64,000 nt of DNA from the human T2T-CHM13v2.0 reference genome, Homo sapiens (GCF_009914755.1 NC_060926.1), one strand, 5' to 3'; counted from the stretch's first letter, positions 43,201 through 57,037 are shown. Numbers and translations are program-made. Notes: a model not told the origin generated them from the letters alone.

Positions 43201-45917
43201 ACAACACTCTGATCTTTAAAAATGTCTTCTTCAAACATATATTAATATTTATGTAGCCATAGCAGCATAAAAGCCTAATGCTCTCAGAGAAGACTAGGGG
43301 TGGAGAATTCATTTTAAATGTCTTTAACTGGTGTAATAATCATCAAGAGGATGAATGGAGAAAAGTGCAACAATGTATTTATCAGAAAAGCTGAGAATTC
43401 AGTCTCAGAATAAACTCTGACATCTATGTCTGTTTACCTGAGCCTTTAGATGGCTCGCCCAGTTTGTAATCTTTCAGAAACAAAAGAACAAACAGTGAAA
43501 AATCATTCATGCCCTCTGGATAACTGCCAGCCCATTTCTAAAGTACCTCACTACAAGGAGCTAAGTATGTGGACAAAGAGAAATTAAATGGGATTTTTTA
43601 AATGCTTTCTTTAAAAAACTGAATGTGCTTTTCCATTTTGTGCTATTTTTCTTCTCTATACGCACTGCTTCTCCTGGATGAAGCTGTTACATAACTGCTC
43701 TTGCGGAGAGGAGATCATTTCCTGGCCCCAAAGGAGTTCTCGGAATACTGAGAGAACATGTTACAAGATGGACCCCAAAAGAAGAGCATCTGGTTTCCCT
43801 AAGTATAATGCTCGCAGCAGAGAAATCACCATAAATAGCTTTAACAGAGACCAAATGTGTCCGTTTCAATCCAGTGTTTTATCACCCACCAAGGGAATTT
43901 ATCTGGGTGAAGGGAGAGACGGGGAGTGAAGTCATTTAGCAGGGCATGGTTCATAACTCTTTTATTAGGACCAACAGGTCAAGGTCTTTAATAGCTGTAA
44001 GATGGAAAGTTAAAGTCATTGTTATCCAACCACATTTAAAGAATGAAAACATAATTGAGAGAGAAGAAAACTAGTTCCTCCGAAGGTTAGGGAAAAGAGA
44101 GAGGACTGTATTTAAAAAGTGATTTGGAGAATTAGAGAGGGAGGTTGTATGTGCTTTTTTACTCAATCAGAATATACTTGGAAAAAATCATAACTAAAAT
44201 TTCCTGAGTAGTACTATCTTCTTGATCCTGATACATTTGAGATTTTCTTACTGTCTCCAAGGAAATGAGTTGAGGATGCTCATCTTAGGAGAATTAGCAT
44301 GTACTAAAAGTGAAATAACAGGCTTCTGTCATAGGAGAAATATAACCACGGAACACACTGATTTGCTGCGAATTAACAAAAACCGTAACAAACAGTTGGT
44401 AATTCAAGCACATGTCTATGCAAAGAATATATGCATATTTAAGGATTATTTATTTTATTTAAATAAGAAGAAGCAGCCATATGGCATGGAACGGATAAGA
44501 TATTTTAGGGCACTGTAAAAGGTGCATCTCACTCTATTTATGAGGAGGTTAGGAGAAACTCCACAAATAAAACTTAATGGATTGAATTCTGGTGAGACAC
44601 GGTGACTCTCTCAAAGGGAAATTCAGACATTCCATGGAGAGCCTGTAGGATTAACTAAATTGCTGGCATTTTTCCTTGTCAGGATGGCAGAAATCACCAA
44701 TGTACCACTACTGCTGGAGGCTTTGCCGTATCTCCTAGCATCACCAAAATCCTTTTGCTTTGGAAAATTAATCTGAACTGTATGAAATTTGACCACAGTA
44801 TCCACTGGAAGAATCTATTTTAACTATCCTGAATCCACTCTCCAGAGAAGTCCTTACTTGTTAGATGTCTTATGGACCAAGTTGTGAGTACTTCAATTTA
44901 GATAACGTGGCATAAATGGAATAATTAAAAAATAGAGCCTGGCACATGGGCAAAACTGAGACGTTTTTCTTATTTGTCTTCCAAACTATCCTTTTCAGAT
45001 CTGATCATGTGCAGACAATTTAAATCAGAAATAGCTTGAGTGTTTCCCCTGCTGCAGTCCTACCATTCTTATAATGAAAGAGCTAACTGCCATCTTCATC
45101 AGCACATTACAGCATGCAAACAATCCAAACCTTAGTACAGATGATTGATTGAGCCACTAAAGGCATCAAAATCCTCTAATTGAGCTGTCTGAACAATATT
45201 AAACGCCCACAGAGATGTGGTGGGAAAAGAATTCAGACCTACCTCATCAAAAATAAACCCTGTTTAATTGCAATCAGCAGCTTCCTTGCCTTTGTTTCAT
45301 CCTGTCATCCACTACATCCACCACCATGAAGTCCTATCTCTGCCTTGCCCAGGCAGAATTGTTTGATTTATTGACGGCTCAATACCGTGACCAGTATTAG
45401 GTACACCCATATACTTATTACTGAGCACATACCTCTAACACCATTTTACTCTCTGGCAGCTGCCTTTGATCTCTGCTTCAAACCTGCATTTGTTGAATAA
45501 CCAGGCTCTCTGACCTCTACCACATCTGACATTTTCCCCTCCAGGTCATCTTGCCGTCCTTCATTGCAGATGTCGACTATAATTTATCCCTTTTGCTAAC
45601 ACCACAGGAAACCAGGTCCCTCTGAGGCCAATACCAGCATCCTGAGCTGATTGTGGTTATAATAAACTGCTGCCCACCATCCATCCACCCACCTCCACTG
45701 GCTCTTCCCCTCCTCCTCTTTGAGCTGCCAGTCATTGCAAGAGCTCATTGACTGCCTGCGTGTGTCTACTTATAATAAAGTCATTACAGTGAACGTTGCT
45801 TTTGTTAAAGGGAAGCCACACTGTTACAACTGGGTTTAAAGGATATGTTTTCTCCTAAGAATGACAGTCTCTGATGGGCGTTCTTCCTTGTCACTTTGAG
45901 AGTGGCATGAGGAACAG

Positions 45918-46050
45918 TTGGAGGGGATGGAAATGTCCTATATCTTGCTTAGGGCTGTGGTTACCTAAATACATACAAAACTCGATGAACTCTATACTTT
46001 AAAATATACCTATTATTGCCTAAAAAGTACACTTCAAAAAGGTGATTGGA
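45918..46050 (+). mobile_element. L1M 3' end fragment
   Basis: gatggaaatgtcctatatcttg...caaaactcgatgaactctatacttt. Confidence 0.65.
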
Positions 46051-47269
46051 AAAAGCCATAGACAGATTGATAGACAAAACGAAGCATCAGCTAACTGCAA
46101 AACCAAACTCATCCAAATAACAAACCATCTCCAATTTTCTAACTTTACACCTAGGATCCAATTCCCTAAACTGAATATAATTTAGAGTTTTTATTTCATT
46201 CAGAGATTGTTAATGCAAAATTCAAAATGGTTGACATGTCATCTAAGCCCTGCCCAGTGTTTGATGAGACAGCATAAGCTATTACCTTGACACAACTTTA
46301 GGAAAAGCAGGCAGCCTAATCTCCCCTATATACATATGGCTGGAGGCAAGAAATCTGATTTCAACAGAGAATTTCAAATAATCGGCATCCTCCACAACCC
46401 ATATAAAGTGAGGCCAGGTTTGGAGGGATTCCAAAGCCAGGGGTAGCAAGAAGCCTTAGGCCAAACAGATGATTTAAAAGACATGTGAAGAAAAATTTCA
46501 AATATAATGTTTATAGAGCAAAATAACATTTGTTTTTTTCATTGTGCAAGGATATCTTGAAGGGGAGAGCCAAGCTCAGTTGCTGCTTGTAAATCAAAAT
46601 AACCCTTTCATTTTAACCTAACAAAGACGAGAAAGGGGAGAGAACAAGGTTACAAGGTGATATTCTTACCTAGTGAGAATACTAAAAGGAATGCTGTTGT
46701 TGTCAAAATGTGTAAGGTCTATAAATCATATGGGTTAGACTAACAGGACACACAATTGGACCCTACACACACATACACACACACACTTTTACACTCCCTG
46801 GTCTTAACACTCTTCACACTCCAGCTTATTGTTCACAGTGTAGATCCCAGCTGAAGGCTGGTGTGGAAGAAGCCAGGCAACAAAAGATGTGCATATGGGT
46901 TTAAGAATTTTCACTGTATTTTTAGGATGGATGTTGACAAATGACTTTAAAGTAGCTCAAAGAGAGAGGCATCATTTCTTGAAAAATGATGCTCCCTGGT
47001 TCATATAAGCTGACATATTATAACATTTATTTTGGTTTAACAAGCTGACAGCCTTCCAGCTGTAAATTAAGAGGCATTTCTACAACAGCTGCACTGAGTC
47101 TTTATCAAGGCAGTTCTTGACCATTCAAGAGACTGCTGCCTAACCAGTCAAGTCAAGAGATTCGATCTAATCAAGTACATCATATCCTTTCAAAGGTTTC
47201 AATAAAAAATACTTCCATGAGTTAGCATTTAAATTCTGAAACACTAAAACATTTAGAAATATACCAACT

Positions 47270-47410
47270 CTCTAGTATACTGCAAGAGGTAGGTGTTATT
47301 ATATCATCATATAACAGACAGAAGAGCTGTGGTTTAGAGAGAGTAAGTAATGGGCATAAAGTCACATGTAATAAACAGAGGAGCCAGATGGATCTGACAC
47401 CTAAGGCCAT
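47270..47410 (-). mobile_element. MIR
   Basis: gaggtaggtgttattatatcatcatataacagacagaagagctgtggtttagagagagtaagtaa. Confidence 0.7.
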
Positions 47411-47505
47411 GGCAGCTGTAGGAGGCAAAATTGAATTTTGGTCACCAGTAGGACACCTATGTAATTAGGACATTAAAAACACTAAAAGATAAAACCTTGT
47501 ATTCA

Positions 47506-47846
<341 letters not shown>

Positions 47847-47897
47847 TTATTTTTTCACTTGAGAAGCTGGTATTTCAAAATGGTTAAGAACACAAAC

Positions 47898-48598
47898 CAG
47901 TACGCTGCTCACGCCGATCCCGCTCCGCTGGTTCCGCACGCTCCGCACACCAGCCTGCGCGCACCATGGGGCCACCGTTCAGCAGCTGGAAGGAAGATGG
48001 CGCCTGGCGGACAGCAAAGGCTTTGATGCATACATGAAGAAACTAGGAGTGGGAATATCTTTGCGCAATATGGGCGCAATGGCCAAACCAGACTGTATCA
48101 TCACTTGTGATGGCAAAAACCTCACCATAAAAACTGAGAGCACTTTGAAAACAACACAGTTTTCTTGTACCCTGGGAGAGAAGTTTGAAGAAACCACAGC
48201 TGTTGGCAGAAAAACTCAGACTGTCTGCAGCTTTACAGATGGTGCATTGGTTCCGCATCAGGAGTGGGATGGGAAGGAAAACACAATAACAAGAAAATTG
48301 AAAGATGCAATCAGTGGTGGATTGTGTCACGAACAATGTCACCTGTACTCGGATCTATGAAAAAGTAGAATAAAAATTCCGTCATCACTTTGGACAGGAA
48401 TTAACTACAAGAATGAACAAGCCCTCAGTTCAATAAGCAAATCTCCATACTGCTTTTTTTTATTACTGTTTTCAATTATCTTTATCACAAACATTTTACA
48501 TGCAGCTATTTCAAAGTGTTGGATTAATTAGTATCATCCGTTTGGTTAATAAATATATGCGTTTGTGCTAAAAAAAAAAAAAAAAAAAAAAAAAGGAA
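47898..48598 (+). pseudogene. FABP5P: Processed pseudogene of FABP5 (epidermal fatty acid-binding protein); paralog number not determined
   Basis: Intronless FABP5 CDS from ATG 47966 to TAA 48371-48373 (ATVQQLEGRWRL...MGAMAKPDCIITCDGKNLTIKTESTLKTTQFSCTLGEKFEETT...TRIYEKVE); GC-rich 5' UTR; AATAAA 48548; polyA 48570-48594; TSD aagaa(c/a)aca(a/g)ac; +2 nt after the ATG and -2 nt near 48307. Confidence 0.97.
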
Positions 48599-48770
48599 AA
48601 GAAAACAGACTATGTAGCCAGATTACCTGGTTTCAAATTCCAGCTCTGGCACTTGCTAGCTGTGTGACCTTAGGCAAGTTACTTAACTTGTCTGTGCCTT
48701 GGTTTCTTCATCTATGAAATGGGGATAATAATACTACTTAATGTATAAAGTTTTTATAAGGGCTACATTT
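48599..48770 (+). mobile_element. MIR body (5' start at about 47865-47897, 3' end at about 49240-49286)
   Basis: tggttaagaacacaaac | cagactatgtagccagattacctggtttcaaattccagctctggcacttgctagctgtgtgaccttaggcaagttacttaac. Confidence 0.9.
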
Positions 48771-48779
48771 ATGTGTAGT

Positions 48780-49225
48780 AATGGTATTGTGAGTATCTTT
48801 CTTTAAAGTTCTTTATGTTTTTGAGAAGCACATTGAACTACTTAGAGAAAAATGTCTATGATATCAAGAAAGTTGGGGTACAAGGGTATAGACAAAATTG
48901 TCCATGAGTGGATAATAGTTAAAAATGAATTGTCAAAAAAACTACAAATATTAGCTGGGCATGGTGGTAGACTCCTGCAGGTAAGTCCCAGCTACTTGGG
49001 TGTCTGAGGTGAGAGGACCACTTGGGCCTAGGAGGTTGAGGCTGTACAGAGCCATGATGGCAACACTGTACTCCAGCCTGGGTAACAGAGCAAGACCCTG
49101 TCTCAAAAAAAAAAAAAAAAAAAAAAAGAATTGTGCGTATATAGAGGTTCATGTACTATACATACACAGGCACCCCTGTGTAGTTTTGGAATTTTTTATA
49201 ACAAAAAGTTTTTTAAATATTTTAT
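48780..49225 (+). mobile_element. L1M 3' end interrupted by an Alu right arm
   Basis: ggtatagacaaaattgtccatgagtggataatagtt | atagaggttcatgtacta...ttttggaatttttttataacaaaaagtt. Confidence 0.65.
48937..49127 (+). mobile_element. 5'-truncated AluJ / FRAM right monomer
   Basis: ttagctgggcatggtgg...gagaggaccacttgggcctaggaggttgaggctg; long A tail; TSD-like gaattgt. Confidence 0.85.
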
Positions 49226-49706
49226 GTAAAACATTTAAAATTATACCTGGAACATAGTAAATACCATATAATAGCTATGATTATTACAGCAAAATTCCAT
49301 TTTTATATGGATCTGTATCCATATAAAATAGATCTGTATATGGATCTACTTTAATGCTATTTACATATAGCCCCTTTTTTATTTCTAGGACATAATTAAA
49401 AATAAGCAATAGAGATTTATTCTTTACATCTATAGTTGGCTTAGAAGAAAAGACAACTGAAGTCATACAAGGAACTGTTATCAAAGAAGATGGAAGGCTC
49501 ATCCATCATTTCGATCACGTTGAGTTGAAGAATCTGAGTACAGTATAATAGAGAATAAGATGTAGTCAGGTAATAAAAATTAATAATATTTCACATGTAT
49601 TGAGGAGATATTATGTGTGAGGTACAGTCACAAGTGGTTTCACATTTGTTACCTCATTTAATCCTCTTATCCACCCAACCTATGAAGTAGGCATCATAAT
49701 AATTAG

Positions 49707-50000
<294 letters not shown>

Positions 50001-50502
50001 AAAACATTGGCCAAGAGAGGTTAAGTAGCTAAAACCTGCTACATAAGACTGACACTAATGCTATATTTTTCTTTCCCAAACATCACTGGCTCAGGAACTG
50101 AGAGGTAACAAATCTTTACCAGGCAGACAAAAAAATAACATGCCCATCATCCCTCAACCAGCTAGTTACTGTAGGAGCCAACACATCCAAGCCAACAGTC
50201 TGACTCCAGAGCCCTGACCCTCAACCACATCACTATAGAAGACCTGGGTTCAAGTCCTGACTCCACTAAGGTTTTTAATCTTGTGCAAATTGCCCAACTT
50301 TTAGGTCCTCCTCAATCCTTTCACTTGCTTTGTTCTTCCTGGGTGTTTTGCCTGAAGCTATAGATGGTGCCCTTTCAAAGGCCTCAGCATCTCTGGGTTC
50401 CAGCAACAACCACAACGAGTCAGGAAAAATATCTGCAAACTCAGGATCACCAAATAACTGTCGTTAGGTACTGCCAGGGATTGCTTGTCAACACATGGCT
50501 AA

Positions 50503-50690
50503 AGCAGTTGCTGTCGACCCTACCTGCACACTAGAATCACCAAGGGAGCTTTTAAAAATCACCAATGCCCAATCCTACTCCCAAACCAATTAAATCAGAA
50601 TCTCTGGGGATGGAGTCTGGGCACTAGAATTTTTTTTTTTAAGTTACCCAGGTGATTCTGTTGAATCCAGTGTTGACAGCTGCTGAGCTA
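50503..50690. mobile_element. MER5-family MITE
   Basis: tgcacactagaatcaccaagggagctttaaaaa...aattaaatcagaatctctgggga...cccaggtgattctg. Confidence 0.85.
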
Positions 50691-51021
50691 AAAGATGAGA
50701 AAACCCATAGATAGGCACGGAGATTTAATAGAAGCCAAAAACCTAAATATTCAAGTAAATCTTTCAAAATGATGCTTCCCCATATTACTATACTCTATAT
50801 CTGCTTATTTTTAAAATCCTAATTCCAAAATAAGTATACTATTCACAAATTTACAAGGTATGCATACATGTTTATGCACATATACACAAACACAAATACA
50901 CATATGGTAAGTATGCTTGTGTAAGTGCATTATTTTTATACCACTACAGCCATGTATGCTATAGATCTGGTTTGGGGATAAAATTAGCATCAAAATATCA
51001 GTAGTATTTCCATTCTACCAC

Positions 51022-51025
<4 letters not shown>

Positions 51026-51070
<45 letters not shown>

Positions 51071-51072
51071 GC
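51026..51072. repeat. (CA)n(CG)2 microsatellite
   Basis: About 21 uninterrupted CA units. Confidence 0.97.
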
Positions 51073-51866
51073 GAACCACTTCCTGCTAGTTCTCTCTAAG
51101 GCTGGGATCTCACCTTTGCATCTTTCTAAAATTGAGGAACACAGGAAGTCATTTCAGCTGCTGACAAATGAGAATAACTTGACTCTAGGTATAGTCATAT
51201 ACTTTAATCAAGGAAGTAAATGCCTTAAATTTCTGCTGGTTTCCTATTGTCATTAAAATTACAACATCTTAATTTTTATAGCAACCACTGTTGGATTTTT
51301 ATATAGATGTGTATTTAATAATTTTTCCTGTGTCACACAAAGAATGTAATGTGGACAACTGAAAGGGAAAAAGGCAATGGTATTCAGAGGTTTAAAATAA
51401 ATTAAACATTCCTTACAGGTTTTTCTGGATGACTTCCCTCCATAAATTATATCTTTTGCACTATGCCATTTGTTTCCCCAACTATTTCTATATGATGTAA
51501 TAATTATATGCTCCATTGAACTCAAAAGCGTTCGTGAAAGGTTAGGTGAACAGAACAAATATAAGAAAATGTAAAGAAAACGCTGCAGTTTGGTCTTTGT
51601 TGGTACATAAAAAAAAATTTTAAGTGAACAGAAATTTCATGGAAAAGACAGAAGACACCATCATTCTGTTCAGGTTACATTCTACACAAAGCTCAACGTA
51701 AGAAGACATTTAAGCCACTTAAACATGGTGTCTCCTTATTACTCATGTCTCCTTTTCCTTGCATAAGCAATGAAGAAGCACACAATGATATTAGGAAAAT
51801 GTTTAAATATCATTCTTGTAGCACATAAGAACAAATGGATAATTTACACTATAAAAATTAAAGATA

Positions 51867-52177
<311 letters not shown>

Positions 52178-52206
52178 AAATTAAAGATAAAAATAAACAG
52201 GATTTA

Positions 52207-52380
52207 AGCTGGGCATGGTGGTGTGCACCTGTAAGTCCCAGCTGTGCAGGAGGCTGAGGCAGGAGGATTGCTTGAACCCAGTAGTTCAAGGCTGCAGTGA
52301 GTTATGATCACATCTGTGAATAGCCACTGTACTCCAGCCTGGGCAACATAGAAAGACCCTGTCTCTAAAAAAAAATGAAA
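52207..52380 (+). mobile_element. FAM (fossil Alu monomer)
   Basis: Monomer retaining the 7SL-derived segment ctgtgaatagccactg that dimeric Alu lacks; TSD aataaacaggatt. Confidence 0.85.
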
Positions 52381-53499
52381 TACAATAAACAGGATTGGAT
52401 TATCTGTCCTCATGGACCTATGAGCAATTCAAATCTCAACACATCCTTTACAACATGTCCAGTTTGTCTTAGTATCTTAGATGTTTAAATCTGAAAAAGC
52501 TAATAAAGCTTACTAGTGCAAAAGCCAGTAGGTGTCAAGAAAACCGCAACAACCTATGTACAGATTCAGCTTTCAGATAGCTCTTCCACCTCCTCCATTA
52601 GTAAGGTAAGGAATGGATGCTGCTGTGTACCTCCCTGCACTCTGCACATACTGTGCTTTAGGAACCACTTTTCAAGGTTGCCCTTGGTATTTTTTTTACT
52701 ACATCAAAACTTGGCATTTGAAAGGAGGGGCAGATGAGAAAGTAGGAAAAGAAAATATACTATGATTTGCCCTGGACCTTAGCTCCCCTATGAATAGCCC
52801 AGTATACTCCAAAAGCATTTATGCTGAATTTCTAAATACATTCCTAATAGCATAAGAACTAAAATTATCTCATTGCCAAACAAAAGGCTTCTGCATTGAA
52901 ATGTGACAGCTCGCTGCTCAGGCAGCTTGTTGCCAGAAGGATACACACAATTTCCAGCAGAAAATTGGTTTCAGGATTTCACCCAATAGTCCAGAAATAA
53001 AATAAACTTCCCTAGCTCTTTGCAACAGGGCAAGGCCATTGGGATTCACCCCTGCTCCATTCAACAGAGAGCCCTGAATTGCCTTCCAATGTAAGAATTC
53101 AAACAAACTAAACCAGATCATGTCTCAAATGCTATAGACCAGCATTGCATTCTGAGGCATTTCTATTTCTTCAGCGATTTTATTCACAGAATTGCTCATG
53201 ACTTCAGACAGTATTGCTTAATTAAGCCCCAGTAGAACTGAATTTAAGCTTTCACCTGAGAAAATATATTCCACCATTACTCAAGAATGCAGTTTGCCAC
53301 TACTGGACATGACATGAATCGTTTAGCTCTACTAAATAGAAGTTTCCCAAAAGTTCCAAGCCATTTTTTGCCTTCATAAAAGCACAACACATGTCCTTGA
53401 TAGTTAGCATGTGAATATGAATAGAGAAATTCATGATTTGGTGGCATTTTCAAAAATGGACTTTCAAAATTATTTTCGTTTTTTAAAATTGCACTACCA

Positions 53500-53640
53500 G
53501 ATGCAAATTTAGTGATCATTAAGCCTACTCTTCTCATTTTACTGATTAGAAAGGAGACCCGGAAACACCAACTGATTGGTTCAAATCAGGCAGCCATCTA
53601 AGGTAGAACCAAGACCAAAATCCAGCTTTCCTGCTTCCTT
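53500..53640 (-). mobile_element. MIR
   Basis: ctactcttctcattttactgattagaaaggagacccgga...gtagaaccaagaccaaaatccag. Confidence 0.6.
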
Positions 53641-54327
53641 ATGTCTCTTTTCAAAGGAACAGAAAAAGGACATGAAAAACAGAAGGTCTAGAGAATGCTG
53701 ATTCTCTCATGAAAGACACGGCCTCCCAGGTGACTGGCTCCTATAAGCCTGGCAAAAGCTGCCAGGGGAACAGTCACTTGTCCATCTGAACGGAAGGAGG
53801 CAACTTAAAAGATGAAAGAATCATGAAAGACCCCTGCTCCAGCCCCAGCCCCCCATAAAACTGTTAAGTTTTTTAAGTTTTATAGGCATATTTGGCTTTA
53901 AAGAAAATCTGAAACATAAAATCAAAATTTATAGATCAGATATGTCTGGAAGCACGGTTTATGTTACAAAAAAATGGAATTTTTGCTTTACTAAACTCTT
54001 CACTACAGTTTTCTCTGAAATAATGACTTCCCTTATGATTAATAAATATCCCATTCAGGTGCAATATCAGGGCTATTTCTATGGCATTAAGCAAGGTACA
54101 CCTCTGCACTGTTGACTCCACTAAATTTAGCTTACTTTCTTATTGTAATTGGGAGGAAAACTCATAGTGTGTGATGCCCACAGACAATGGTCTGCTGGTG
54201 CCAGGTCATGCCCACTCACAAGAACCTATTGTGGGCCTGTCTTCCCAACTCTGCATTCAGTGGTTAAGGGGTCTGATAGTTGGTCCTTGGTGGATGAACA
54301 CAGTAAGGAATGGAGAAGGCATGAGAC

Positions 54328-54858
54328 TGTGAAGCAGGTTCGCTGTGTACCAGTTGCCAACTTGTCTGAGTCTAGTGACAAAACACATTCATATGCAACA
54401 AGTTCCAGGAAGCAGAGGTATTACTTACAGATAGGCAGCAAGGAACAAAAGAAGCATGAGATCCATGGTGAGCCAGTTCCCCAAGGCTCAAGAAAGCTGC
54501 CCAGGCAGGATGGAATCTTGACTGCATGTGCCCCACTTGCAGCACAGCTGAGGACCCTGAAAGGCAGCCACCCTGGGTTGTATACCTCAGGGGCATGTAA
54601 TTCACTGGGCTAAAGAACATCTTGCTCCCAGGGGAGAAAGGAACAAAGCCCAGACTGTCCCATGAAGTTCCTGCCTAACTCAAGTGTTACATCCGCTAGG
54701 AAGGACACAAACAAGGCCTAGACTGTTTCAGGCAGCTCCTCCCTATCTCAGCTACTGCTTTCCCAGCACATTCTATAGTTATATATATAGAACTACAGAA
54801 ACTACAAAAAGCGGGCAGAACTGAGTCAGTTCAAGGCCACCTAAAAAACTGTTCTTCA
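54328..54858 (-). mobile_element. ERVL-class solo LTR (family unresolved)
   Basis: TG...CA bounded block of about 530 bp beginning tgtgaagcaggttcgctgtgtaccagttgccaacttgtctgagtc. Confidence 0.7.
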
Positions 54859-56962
54859 AAAGCAAGCTTGTTTAGGTTCCATAAGTTGCTTAGAACAAAA
54901 AATAAAGGATCATACAGAAATAAATGGTCCAGGGCCCTGGTGGGATTCCATGTAGCATGGAGTCTGGGCCTTAGCAGCTTAACTCCCTGCAAAAAAAAAA
55001 AAAAAGAAAAGAAAAGGGAAGTATACCCTACTGGGGAATGGAAGTTTAGGGAAGCCATTCCAAAGGCCTCAAGTTCTGAGCCAGCCACAGAGACCATGGC
55101 CCAGGCGATGTGCCAGCATCAACAGGGCAATGACAGTGACACAGAGCAGCCAGGACTACGCTGGGCAGGGGATGCCTGGACTTCATGTCCGCAGGTGTAC
55201 CCATAAAAGAGGAGTGACTGGGGCCATCTCACAGCTACCACCTGGAATCTTAAAAGCCCATGGAACTATGAGAGAGGACAATTGGTGGGAACAAGTAGGA
55301 AAAAAGATACATCTGCACCTCTAAGCTAGTGTCATCAGGAGACATCTGGTAAGTGGAGCATAAGAGATGGGAAAACACTAAATGAAAGCTACTGCTTTGG
55401 CCTAATTGGCCCAGACCTGTCCTCCTAACAATCAAATTTCATTTAGCCTGAATTATTTGGTCTCAAAGCCTTAATGACAGAACAAAGACCTGAATCGAGA
55501 AACACGCACATCCTCCACCCACCAGGTAGGGGTCAGTAGTCACTGAGACTATTTGTGTGTGGGAGTAATCACCGGACTCACAGGATGTTAATGACAATAT
55601 TTAATGAGGTGCACTATTTCGCTCTAGCAGAGACTAGAAAGTATTTATAATTAGCAAAGTTCTAATGGATTTTATACTGCAATTGGTGCTTATGTGGGGA
55701 ATAGCATATTTAGGGTCCATTTAGCATCATTATATTCCTTATGGCCTCTTTTGTGATCTTTACCCACCTAACCCAGGAGTAGGGTGATACGAACCTATTG
55801 AACTGTTTGTTATCTCTTGCTAAACATAATTGGCCTTGCATTAAAGACACAGCATGGAGTTACCTAACATCCAAGTCTATGGCCAAACCATCCCATTATT
55901 GTCTTAATGCAACTGTGGCTTCCCAAAATTCAGACAATGCACACAAACAAGAATATGTTAAAATCATATCTGCCATTCAAACTGACTTTCCAATTTGACC
56001 TGAGGATTATGATGGACATGTACATGTGTAGTAAATAGTCAGTTTCATTCGGGTAACCAAATATTTCTTTTCTTATAGGCCAATTCCTGAGTATAAATAA
56101 AAACTTCAATTGTGACTAAGATTTGCTTATCTTTTCATTGTTGATGTATTTGGTTCCACTTGTATCATTGAGGTTAATGAAAACATTTGGGATAGGAAAA
56201 TTTTTAAATCTTGTAAAGTTTATTGGTCCAGTGCCTTTTAAAAAGTATTATCTAATACATTTTGTATCGGGTTAGTGATGAAATATTTTGGCATAAAGAA
56301 CAAAAGGAATTTTTCCTAGGGCTCTTCTCATTTGCAAAATGAACTAAAAAATGAAACCCAATATTCTTCTTATCCCACAATCCTATTATGGGCTCAACAG
56401 GCCAATAAAAAGTATCCAGCTGGGTACATGGATTGGGGGTCCAACCTTTATTTATTCAGTTTGAATCTTTCCAAATAATCGCCTCAGTTCAATAATTTTC
56501 AACTCTTCTTTCATTTTGTCCCAGATAGATCCGGCCTAAATGACTGTTTTAGAAGAAAGTGGATATTCCACCAGTCAATCAAGAAATTTCCACAGAAGAT
56601 AAAAGGCAAGCAGATTGAATATGGGAATTTACCCAATTCCAAGAGAATTTGTTGTGTCCTGCAATCATTTGGTTTTACATCTGTGTCCCATCTAGGAGCA
56701 GTCATCCAGTCATTTAACCAAATACCAAATCCTCAAATTGTCTGCAAATACACTGCGGTTCATTTGGGTAGATTTCTTTTTAAAGAAAGTCTATATATTA
56801 TTATTAAAATAATAGCACATGTTTATTAGTAGACAATTTAGAAAGTATATTCAAACCAAAAAATAAAAGAAAATGAAATTATCCATATTTTCCTCCTACT
56901 TCTAAAATATGTTTTGTGACTCTTTTGTTCCATCATGTTCCCATCCTCACTCCCTCTGTATA

Positions 56963-57000
56963 GGTGGGTGTATGTGTGTGTGATGTTTATGGGTTGTGTG

Positions 57001-57037
<37 letters not shown>
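56963..57037. repeat. (TG)n microsatellite
   Basis: Direct inspection. Confidence 0.95.

Noticed and set aside
48034-48360. Calling this a functional FABP5 CDS or assigning a specific FABP5P number or locus
   Set aside because: Intronless with polyA, TSD and two frameshifts; paralog identity needs genome mapping
54149-54613. 154-aa ORF
   Set aside because: TTG start and runs mostly through an LTR; no recognisable protein
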